A stretch of 37,222 bases of DNA, from NCBI GenBank assembly GCA_964549615.1, contig CAZJVP010000055.1, positions 1 through 37,222 on the forward strand, read 5' to 3'. The notes under the pieces are model-generated. The model had not been told where the DNA came from. It searched no databases and saw only the letters and a list, made by a program, of their open reading frames with translations. Source of the stretch: an uncultured Thermococci archaeon. GTDB lineage: Archaea > CAYQAE01 > CAYVLA01. Shown in pieces: positions 29,405 through 37,222 of the stretch; the stretch's first letter is position 1, and every line of letters begins with the position of its first letter. The translations under genes were made by a program, and so were the position numbers.

Positions 29405-32400
29405 TTGGAAGTTCTGAGGAAACTTCTCTGTGCGGCGTCCTCATTCCTATTCCTGCTGGGCTCGGTCGCTCCTTGGATCGCCGTTCCCTCAGCCAGCGGA
29501 CAGGAGGATATTCCGACTGGATATGTTCGCAATGTAGACTGGGACCCGACTGACAGGCCCCATGTGGAGTTCACTAGGAGTGTGTATGCGGAGTGGCCAT
29601 GGCCTCCTCACACCGTAACATATCATCATGTCATCGATCTGAGCATATCCACTCGCGAGTGGAAGGAGGGCGGGATATTGATTGTCAAGGCCACCTGCAG
29701 CGAGTCAAGAGACCCCCCTAGTAATTTGACCGGACTCATATCCGGGGTGCGCATAAACGTACTAGGTGGTGAAGTCGACGTCGTTAGTTGCGAACCGCCC
29801 TATGGCGGCATGAGGAAATATTCTGACGAGTGCACGGTCTGGTGGAGGGAAAAACTACCTCAGAAGAATGGACCCGAGTACTATCCCTCGGGAACGACAT
29901 TCACGGCGACCTTCCGGTTAGGAAAGCCACTATTGGATCCCTATGTGGATCCCGGATGGGCCCACCTTGTCCAGGTATCAACTTACGACCTTGGCGAAAT
30001 GAAAGTTTTTGAGCAGTACAGATCGGCCGTGCTGTGGCTTCAAGTTGAACCAGACTGCATCAGGGGCACAGTCTACGATGTCTGGACCAACATCCCCCAG
30101 GCCGCGCACATTCGGGAAACACCGATGTCCGGGGTCAAGGTCCGGCTACTCACCCTGCCTGACCGGACCGTGGTGGCCCAGAACGTCACCCTGACCGACG
30201 GCAGCTACATGCTCAAGCCTAAAAGCCTCGACCCCAAGCAGCGCTACCTTGTTCGCGCGACATGCATGGTGGAGGGAAGGGAGCTCAGGCAGTGGCGCAA
30301 CATCACCGGGCCCCAGCGCGTCGATTTCTACCTCCCGGCAACCCTTGTGAAGAACTACCTCGGCCTTGTCGAACAGCTGGACTCGATCGAACTGCCGTCC
30401 CTAAGCGACGTGGACCTGATGCTAGGTCTGGGCTTCGGCGGACCCTTAAAGGAAGCCTCGGTCTACGGACCCCTAGGCGAACTGGCCAAGCTCGGAATCC
30501 AAATCGAACAGCCAAACCAAAGCCTGAAGAAGCGCCTTGAGGCCTTCCTCGACAAGATCTTGGCGGACGCCCCTCCCTGCCGAAGCCTTCTCAAAGGCGA
30601 AGCCGCATCAAACGATCCCTGGAACATGCTGCTCAGACTGACCCTAGTCCTGGGATTCATCCGCAACCGGGTGGACGATGCCTACATCTCCGTCGACAAC
30701 GTGGTCAAAGCCACAACCGTGGCCGTGATGACCAGCCTCATGATGGACGCAATGAGGGCCACAGCCAAAACGAGACTGCCAACCGTGGACAAGCTCACCT
30801 CCAAACCAGTGAGATGGGCCCAAGAGAAGCTCCTGAAAGGCAGCGATGAGACCATGAAGAGGATCGCAAGCACTCTTCACATCAGCCTCTTCGCGGGCGG
30901 ATTCGGACTCGGAGGGGTGGACTGGCTCCTCGAGAAAGCCGGAATCAAAGATCCCGCCACCAGGGCCACCTGGAAGACGGTCATGGCCAAGGGAATACGA
31001 GCCATCAGCGACCTTGTGCGCAAGAACTTCGGCACAAGCCTCCTCTTCGAGGTCATCTTCCAAGGCGCCCGCACGCTCGGGGATGCCGCCCTGCTCGAAC
31101 TCTACCTCTGGCTGACGCGCGGAGAGATCGAGAACGCCCTCTGGGCCGCCAACAACTCCCAGGCAATCAACAAGCCCCTGGAAGCAGTGAACGCCATAAG
31201 CGTCATGGACACCGAACATGAGGACTGGCACAAGACCCAGCACAGCTGGGCAGTCTCATGGTTCAAGGCAGCAAACGTCTTCCGGGGAGTGGGCGGCATC
31301 TGGGGAACCTGGACCGCTCCAACCGGCGTCGAGTACCCCTTCATCTGGGAAGCCGCCACACCCCTGATCAAACGGTTAAGAGCGGCCAACGTCTGGCTCA
31401 CAGTAGCCGGGATAGGCAGCTTCGCAGGCGTCATCATCACAGAACTCCGCGCACTGTATGTGACATGGAGCAAGCAGCTGGACGCAGTCTACAAATCCTT
31501 CGGCGAAAAGTCCCCCCTCGCAAGCCGATCAGGACTCGGCTCCCCAGCGAAAGGAATCGGCAACCCACCCTCCCAACCGTCATCGCTGCAAACCGCCCCA
31601 GCGCTAGAGGCATACCTCGCCACCTTGAGCAAACTCGGCATCTCCGTTCAGACCGATGACAAGGATGCAGCCGCAGCAGCGGTGCTTGAACTGGAGGAAC
31701 CAGACGGCCGCCTGGCAACAGAGCTCGAGTCGAGTTTCCTCAGGCTGGCCGCAGCATATCCCAAGGCTCTGTTCCAAGCCGAGGGATTCGACAACGCCTA
31801 CACAGAGGCAGTAGACGCCTACACCCGCGCCTTGATCGAGCAGGCCGACCTCTACGCCTCAACGGCCATGTGGCTGAGGGGCGAGGCAGTGGATGCCGCC
31901 GACGTCACGGCCGGCATCGAGTCCACATCACGCGCGCTTGCAGATGCATGGAACGCCCTTTACCGGGCGCTCGGACCGATCACCGACCTGACCGTTCCCG
32001 GCTTCCTGTTCCTCTCCCCAAAGATACCGGAGAGGATAACGCCTCAAGACCAGGCAGAAGTATCGGTCGATGTCAGGAACGTGGGAGATGAACCGGTTCG
32101 AAACACCAAGGTCACGCTCTGGGTCAGCGACACGCTCACCATCAACTCTAACCCAACCATCGATCTCGGCGAGATAGCCCCGGGAGCCACGGCCCAAGCC
32201 ACATGGAAGCTGAGCGCTGGGACGGGAAGACCCGGTGACGTCGCGACCTTCTGGTTCACGGCCCAGGGCGATACAATCGAACAGGTGGAGGCAAGCGGGG
32301 CATCTCTTCTAACATTCGGAAACACAACCCAGCTCGAGATCGTGGCCAACTCGCCGGTACGCATGATGGTGAGCGACTCCCTCGGCCACCGAGTCGGATA

Positions 32401-32854
32401 CGACCCGGAAACAGGCAGCGAGACAAACGAGATAGAAGGAGCAACCTACAGCGGGCTGGACTCCTCACCCCAGCGCGTCACCATACCCGACCCCCTAGGT
32501 CTATATCAAATCGACCTCCTAGGCACGGGCGACGGCTCCTACCATTTGGAGGTCAAGGCCCTCCAAAACGGCCAGCTTGTCGCAGTCCAGACCAAGGAGG
32601 GAACCATAAAGCGGGGAGAATGGTCAACAACCCTTGCGCCGGTCACCCAGACGAACGGCACCGTCCTCCTCCCCTCCGGCCAGAAGGTCGAGCCAGACCA
32701 GGGAGAAGAGCAGGGCGAGGGCGTGTCTGCGTTCCCGGCGGCCGTCGTGGCCGCGATGGCTGCGATTGTCGGGGTTGCCGTTTTGTTGGCGTTGCTGGCA
32801 AGGAAGAGGTCGACAAGGAAGGCCACTGCCACACAGCAGAGCTCATCCAACTAG
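29405..32854 (+). CDS. Large membrane-anchored surface protein (signal peptide, prealbumin/SdrD-B-like domain, long helical core, CARDB-like Ig domain, C-terminal TM)
   Basis: 1149-aa ORF with a TTTTTAT box about 30 bp upstream. Motifs IRGTVYD...PMSGVKVRL...TLTDGSY and VSVDVRNVGD...LGEIAPG. TM segment followed by RKR. Confidence 0.8.
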   Translation: MEVLRKLLCAASSFLFLLGSVAPWIAVPSASGQEDIPTGYVRNVDWDPTDRPHVEFTRSVYAEWPWPPHTVTYHHVIDLSISTREWKEGGILIVKATCSESRDPPSNLTGLISGVRINVLGGEVDVVSCEPPYGGMRKYSDECTVWWREKLPQKNGPEYYPSGTTFTATFRLGKPLLDPYVDPGWAHLVQVSTYDLGEMKVFEQYRSAVLWLQVEPDCIRGTVYDVWTNIPQAAHIRETPMSGVKVRLLTLPDRTVVAQNVTLTDGSYMLKPKSLDPKQRYLVRATCMVEGRELRQWRNITGPQRVDFYLPATLVKNYLGLVEQLDSIELPSLSDVDLMLGLGFGGPLKEASVYGPLGELAKLGIQIEQPNQSLKKRLEAFLDKILADAPPCRSLLKGEAASNDPWNMLLRLTLVLGFIRNRVDDAYISVDNVVKATTVAVMTSLMMDAMRATAKTRLPTVDKLTSKPVRWAQEKLLKGSDETMKRIASTLHISLFAGGFGLGGVDWLLEKAGIKDPATRATWKTVMAKGIRAISDLVRKNFGTSLLFEVIFQGARTLGDAALLELYLWLTRGEIENALWAANNSQAINKPLEAVNAISVMDTEHEDWHKTQHSWAVSWFKAANVFRGVGGIWGTWTAPTGVEYPFIWEAATPLIKRLRAANVWLTVAGIGSFAGVIITELRALYVTWSKQLDAVYKSFGEKSPLASRSGLGSPAKGIGNPPSQPSSLQTAPALEAYLATLSKLGISVQTDDKDAAAAAVLELEEPDGRLATELESSFLRLAAAYPKALFQAEGFDNAYTEAVDAYTRALIEQADLYASTAMWLRGEAVDAADVTAGIESTSRALADAWNALYRALGPITDLTVPGFLFLSPKIPERITPQDQAEVSVDVRNVGDEPVRNTKVTLWVSDTLTINSNPTIDLGEIAPGATAQATWKLSAGTGRPGDVATFWFTAQGDTIEQVEASGASLLTFGNTTQLEIVANSPVRMMVSDSLGHRVGYDPETGSETNEIEGATYSGLDSSPQRVTIPDPLGLYQIDLLGTGDGSYHLEVKALQNGQLVAVQTKEGTIKRGEWSTTLAPVTQTNGTVLLPSGQKVEPDQGEEQGEGVSAFPAAVVAAMAAIVGVAVLLALLARKRSTRKATATQQSSSN

Positions 32855-33022
32855 AGAGGCCGATGGTGCTGCTGTCAAGCCGCGCCTCGCAAAGAACTCG
32901 TTAAGAACCGTGGAGAACCCAAGAAGCGCGGCAGAACTCTGCCTGGAGGCTTGACGTCGGTGGAGAGGAGACGGCCTCTGGACGGAGAAGGATTGTCGGA
33001 GAAAGTGAAGGCACCTACCCAA

Positions 33023-33165
33023 CGTCAGGCCCAGTTCCGTCTCACAGTTTCATCAGCTCAAGCGGCACCAGTCTCCCGGCCAACAGGTCCACCTGAAAGC
33101 CCAACAATTCCAAGGCCGTTACCCCAAGGAGAAGGGAGCCCTTTCGCACCCAGGCCTGGCCCCGG
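33023..33165. repeat. 143-bp imperfect direct repeat, copy 1; the minus strand encodes a retropepsin-like aspartyl protease C-terminal fragment
   Basis: Ungapped match to 35404-35546 with 11 mismatches by hand count. Translates LLGVTALELLGFQVDLLAGRLVPLELMKL*. Confidence 0.9.
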
Positions 33166-33438
33166 GTCCACCCGGCTGTGGGGCGCCACCGACGAGTCAA
33201 CCCCGGTTGGCTATGCAACTTGGTCGCCGCGACCGGCCGCCAACAGGTTCCCCTTTACTCGGGCTGGTCGTTGCTCCTGATGGCAGTTCGGCTTGCCATA
33301 CACGCACCGCGGACACGCCTAGGCACGAGCGCGGCGGCTCGCGGCAGAGCGGCAGCCGGGCCCCTCGGGAAGACCGGCACTTCCCACCGAGGCGGGCCGG
33401 GAACACGAGAGCCGGCGAGACACCGGTTGGACAGTTGA

Positions 33439-33669
33439 TCAAACATCGTCCTGCATGTCCAAGAAGTCATCGAGCTCGTCCAGACTCTCTTCGACCCCGG
33501 GCCTTGCGGCGCGTGGTGATTCCGGGCCGCCCTCCGGCAGGGGCAACAGCGCAAGCAGGAAGAGGAAGCCGAAGATGGATAGGCTGCAAACCGCCCAGAC
33601 CCAGCCGCCCCCTCCAAGGGCAATCAGCAGGCACAAGAAACCCAAGACGATGATCACAAGCAGGACCAT
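33439..33669 (-). CDS. Small two-TM membrane protein with an acidic tail
   Basis: MVLLVIIVLGFLCLLIAL-GGGG-WVWAVCSLSIFGFLFLLALL followed by EESLDELDDFLDMQDDV. Confidence 0.55.
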   Translation of the reverse strand: MVLLVIIVLGFLCLLIALGGGGWVWAVCSLSIFGFLFLLALLPLPEGGPESPRAARPGVEESLDELDDFLDMQDDV

Positions 33670-33834
33670 CCGGTGCCACGCCGCTCGCATTTGAGCGGTA
33701 GCGCCATAAGAATGCGATGGCGACATACTCCCGTTTCGCAACCGGCCCAGGGCCCGCTTCAGGCGAATAGTTTTATGGCCCAGGCCCACCGGCCAGCCCC
33801 GCGACAAGGATGCAGCGGCGGGGCGAGGCAAGAC

Positions 33835-34665
33835 ATGCCCAGGCAAACCAAGAACTCGGTTGGCAAGACCTCACGGCCGGCTCAAGGCCGCGGAACGACC
33901 CGGAGACCCCGAGGGGTCCACAAGCCCAGAAGGATGTTGATCCTGGCCATCGCTTTCGCCGGCATCGTTGCCGCGCTGCTCATACGCGAGGCCCCTGGGC
34001 AGGCCGTCTCTTTTCCAGACAGCAACCTCGAGTCGGCGATCCGCCAAGCTCTGGGCAGGCCCGACGGCGAGATCCAACGATCCGATCTTGCCGGCCTCAC
34101 CCAGCTTGACGCAATAAGGAAGGACATAGTCAATCTATCAGGCCTGGAACACTGCACCGGCCTGCAGTCGCTCAACCTCGTCGGAAACCGGGTGAGCGAC
34201 CTGACCCCCCTTTCCGGTCTGGGAAACCTTACCCGGCTCCTTCTGGGATACAACAGCATAACCGATATCACGCCCCTTGGCGGCCTCGCGAGCCTCAGGG
34301 AGCTTTCCCTGGTCTCCAACGAGATAGTCGACATCACGCCCCTCGCCGGGCTTACCAACCTGGCGGAACTCGCGCTCCAGGGCAACCAGATAGCCGACAT
34401 CACGCCGCTAGCCGGCCTGACAAACCTCAAATGGCTGTTCCTCGGCAGCAACAGGATCACCGACATACAGCCCCTCGTCGCCAACCCCGGGCTTTCCGCC
34501 GGCGACCATGTGGACCTCGGCGACAACCCCCTGAGCAATCTATCGATCAACACGTACATCCCCCAGCTTCAGGAAAGGGGGGTCATAATCCTCAGTAACC
34601 CCAGCCCCGTCGCGGCATTGCTCGTGCTGGGGCTTGTCTTGTATAGGAAAAGAGGGCCATCCTAA
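33835..34665 (+). CDS. Internalin-type leucine-rich repeat surface protein with a C-terminal anchor
   Basis: FPDSNLESAIR cap and 22-aa repeats of the form LxxLxLxxNxIxDITPLxGLxN. Hydrophobic N-terminal segment; tail VAALLVLGLVLYRKR. The start is uncertain (33835 or 33934). Confidence 0.85.
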   Translation: MPRQTKNSVGKTSRPAQGRGTTRRPRGVHKPRRMLILAIAFAGIVAALLIREAPGQAVSFPDSNLESAIRQALGRPDGEIQRSDLAGLTQLDAIRKDIVNLSGLEHCTGLQSLNLVGNRVSDLTPLSGLGNLTRLLLGYNSITDITPLGGLASLRELSLVSNEIVDITPLAGLTNLAELALQGNQIADITPLAGLTNLKWLFLGSNRITDIQPLVANPGLSAGDHVDLGDNPLSNLSINTYIPQLQERGVIILSNPSPVAALLVLGLVLYRKRGPS

Positions 34666-35084
34666 AGCCGGCGACCTCGACTCCTCAGCGACGCCCGGGC
34701 TAATGGACCGGCCCTATCGGCCGATACGGTCACCGCGCATGCCCACAGCCTTGCCCAGCGCCCTGACGCTGCCGGCAACGACGAGCGGGTGAAAGACCGC
34801 CAGACCCTAGCCCTCCTCGGAATCCTACCCTACGCCCGCTGAATCCTTGGGCCCGTTACCTTGACACCGCCCCGCGCAAGAGAACGACGCGCACAATTTC
34901 CGATGACCCATACCTAAACGGGCGCCCGGCGCGCCCACCACGACCCTCGCACTGGGCTGTAACCCAACCGTCGGCCTGCCGGGTCCTGCCGGCTTCGAAC
35001 TGGCGATTCCATCTCGGGCCGGATGGCCGCTAACTGCCGCTTTCAAGATGGCCTCGTTTCCAGCTCGGCATACGTCAACTTCCT

Positions 35085-35232
35085 CATCGACAGCCTGCTG
35101 CTCGCCGCATCTTCCCGTCCTCCGTCACGAGGCTTCCCCCGATTCAGCTGCCAAGATGTGTGACCCATCATAGAATGCAGTAGCCCTCGAGCTTGCCTTC
35201 TCGGACCTCTTCCATTATTCTCTTGGAGGCTT
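35085..35232 (-). pseudogene. Decayed PIN/VapC fragment
   Basis: Three frames give ASKRIMEEVREGKLEGY, FYDGSHILAAE and GSLVTEDGKMRRAA, matching the PIN YD...LVTxD motif. Confidence 0.55.
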
Positions 35233-35403
35233 GCCCTTATCGCGGGGCGTTGTAGCGCTTCGCCGTGCCTGGCTTTGCCCAAAATCTGCTTGCGCTAGCG
35301 CTCTAAGCGCCGCGTTTCCTATTTCCTCCTCGTCCACCCGCCTTTTTTGATAGTCAGAGAAGCCATCCAGGATGGCGCCTGATCTGCGATCTGCCTCGAA
35401 CAG

Positions 35404-35546
35404 CGTCAGGCCGAGCTCCGTCTCACAGTTTGATCAGCTCAAGCGGCACCGGTCTCCCGGCCAACAGGTCCACTTGAAAGCCCAACAGTTCCAGGGCCGT
35501 TACCCCAAGGAGAATGGAGTCCTTTCGCACCCAAGCCTGGCTCCGG
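35404..35546. repeat. 143-bp imperfect direct repeat, copy 2
   Basis: Matches 33023-33165. The minus strand reads ILLGVTALELLGFQVDLLAGRPVPLELIKL*. Confidence 0.9.
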
Positions 35547-35607
35547 CGTTTCGCAACCGGCCCGGTTGTTTGTTTGGGGCGACAATTATATTCCCTGGCT
35601 GCCGTAA

Positions 35608-35868
35608 ATGGCACTTGTGGTAATAGATTCTGCCGATATTGGCGCCAACGGCAGGCTCGTCATCCCAAAGAAGATACGGGACGCCATGAAAATCAAGGAG
35701 GGGGACACCATGCTTTTCGAGAACATATCTGATCAAGAGGCAAGGCTCAAGGTCCTACGCGGGGAGGACGAGTTCCTCAAGACAATCAACGCTTCTTCTC
35801 CGAAGCGGAGTGAGGCAGACCGATGTCCGATTCAGGGCACATGCCTTGAGGCACAACCTTGCAGCTAG
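35608..35868 (+). CDS. AbrB/MazE/SpoVT DNA-binding protein (orphan antitoxin-like; C-terminus possibly degenerate)
   Basis: IGANGRLVIPKKIRDAMKIKEGD; AATTATAT box at about 35585. Confidence 0.75.
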   Translation: MALVVIDSADIGANGRLVIPKKIRDAMKIKEGDTMLFENISDQEARLKVLRGEDEFLKTINASSPKRSEADRCPIQGTCLEAQPCS

Positions 35869-35939
35869 GTACCGCACATCGCACGCGGAACAGTTAAGAG
35901 GGGGTGGGCAAGAAGAAGTGGGTACAAAAAGGTGGGCGA

Positions 35940-36164
35940 ATGGCATCCACAGCTGAGATCGATGATCGCGGAAGAATCACGATCCCCAGAGAGTTCCGTG
36001 AAAGACTACAGATCCGACCCGGAGATGAGTTCACAGTGGAAGAGGACGAAGGAGTCCTTCTTCTGCGCAGAAAGACTAGGCCGACGCGCAAGATAAGAAG
36101 CTCAAGAAACTGGGACAGGGAAGCCTTCCTCGACGCAGGGGAGGCGACCTTCGGTGGGAGATAG
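35940..36164 (+). CDS. vapB: AbrB/MazE-type antitoxin
   Basis: IDDRGRITIPREFRERLQIRPGD; overlaps the PIN gene. Confidence 0.85.
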   Translation: MASTAEIDDRGRITIPREFRERLQIRPGDEFTVEEDEGVLLLRRKTRPTRKIRSSRNWDREAFLDAGEATFGGR

Positions 36165-36618
36165 GGTCCTCATCGACGTCAACGCGCTCGCCATCTACCT
36201 CGTCGAGGATCATCCGGGACATACGTACATCAAAAAAGAAGTCGAACCAGGACTTGAAGGGAAGCGCGAGCTTCTCATCTTCGATTACCTGCCCCTCAGG
36301 GTTCACTGGGTGCTGACATCCAAGTGGAACATCCCAGAGGCAGTCACGAGGGAAGCCATCACATCATTTCTAGAACAGCCGGTCACCATGGTCAGCGCCG
36401 ACGCGGAAACGATCAAGGCGACGTATCGGATCGCCGAGGAGAAGAGGCACGATGTCTTTGACTGCCTCTACGTCGCGCTCGCCCGGAGAGAAGCGGCACA
36501 TAAGATCCTCACGACCGATGCCCACTTCCAGAAACTGTGTCAAGGCGAGCAGTTCGAGTATCTGAACCCGGTGCCGAGGAGGGTACTGGCCGCCTTCGGA
36601 CAAGGGACCATCGAGTAA
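36154..36618 (+). CDS. vapC: PIN domain toxin
   Basis: LIDVN, VFDCLYVALA and ILTTDAHF. Confidence 0.88.
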   Translation: MGDRVLIDVNALAIYLVEDHPGHTYIKKEVEPGLEGKRELLIFDYLPLRVHWVLTSKWNIPEAVTREAITSFLEQPVTMVSADAETIKATYRIAEEKRHDVFDCLYVALARREAAHKILTTDAHFQKLCQGEQFEYLNPVPRRVLAAFGQGTIE

Positions 36619-36664
36619 AGCAGAGTACGCCGCAGAGGATCGCCCCGGGTCTGGCTCTTGCCTA

Positions 36665-36680
36665 GGCAATTTTTTGTTGC
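36665..36680 (+). terminator. Possible oligo-T terminator after vapC
   Basis: GGCAA-TTTTTTG-TTGCC: a T6 run flanked by a short inverted repeat. Confidence 0.3.
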
Positions 36681-36997
36681 CCCAAGAATGCCGGGACGCA
36701 ATTCCATCACCCGCCCTGATGGCTAGCTGAATGGCCATAGCTGAGGCGTCGGAGGGTAGGGCGCTAGATCTAGGGGCTGCGGGTCCTCCAAGATCCGGTT
36801 CTCGGACTAGGTCGGTTGCGTGGCACCCTTCGTGGTGACGCCTCAGGTTCGGCGACATAGCTAGGTTCCATAATCGAGAGGCCCAGGAAACCAGCAGTCG
36901 TCTCAGCCTGCAAATGAGGGGCGGTCCTGTGACCCGACCCCCAGCTGAGCGATGTAGGAGTACGCACCGAAAGCGGTTCTACAGCCATGCCCAGGCC

Positions 36998-37222
36998 TCA
37001 ACGAATCCTCGATATGAAGTCCGCGTCGAGCGAGACGATTTCTTTGATTCCACGTTCACACATTACGGCAACTGAAGCTGCATCGGCCAACGATAGGGTG
37101 CCGTCGTATTTCAGGCAAACCTCCGTGGAAAGCGCGAGCAGCCGTTCGTCGACAAACACCACCTCGCAGTTCTCGGTGATGGCCTCTTAGACCTCCACCC
37201 CCACCTTGCCCCCGCCCAGAGC
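36998..37222 (-). pseudogene. PIN/VapC pseudogene (5' part outside the window)
   Basis: GGKVGVEV*EAITENCEVVFVDE...LSLADAASVAVMCERGIKEIVSLDADF. In-frame TAA at 37187-37189. Confidence 0.75.

Noticed and set aside
34130-34480. 66-bp periodicity as a CRISPR or tandem DNA array
   Set aside because: It is explained by the 22-aa LRR coding repeats. There is no identical repeat-spacer structure.
33023-35546. Repeat pair as a diversity-generating retroelement TR/VR
   Set aside because: The 11 mismatches are not adenine-specific on either strand, and no reverse transcriptase is present in the window.

Overview
GC-rich archaeal genomic DNA. The evidence is an archaeal-type SAM synthetase, Ftr, a tRNA with bulge-helix-bulge introns and TATA-box promoters. 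A TACK-type lineage such as Bathyarchaeia is plausible but is inference only. Bases 1-28.8 kb are mixed housekeeping and carbohydrate genes: a PHP hydrolase, an MFS transporter, three Gfo/Idh/MocA oxidoreductases, ftr, an MNT-HEPN pair, two large unknown glycoside-hydrolase-like proteins, a radical SAM enzyme, an ABC transporter + DUF1854 pair, a GT2-GtrA fusion, mat, dapA, a URO-D/MtaA-family protein and a four-gene glycan-modification operon. At 28852-28969 lies a tRNA-Leu(TAG) split by two 17-nt introns (30/31 and 37/38) with overlapping BHB motifs. Downstream is an island-like accessory region. It holds a 1149-aa membrane-anchored surface protein and an internalin-type LRR protein bracketed by a 143-bp direct repeat that encodes a protease C-terminal fragment. 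It also holds intact and decayed AbrB/PIN toxin-antitoxin genes. No CRISPR array, rRNA, integrase or transposase was seen. Family assignments are from motif recognition by eye; no database search was run.
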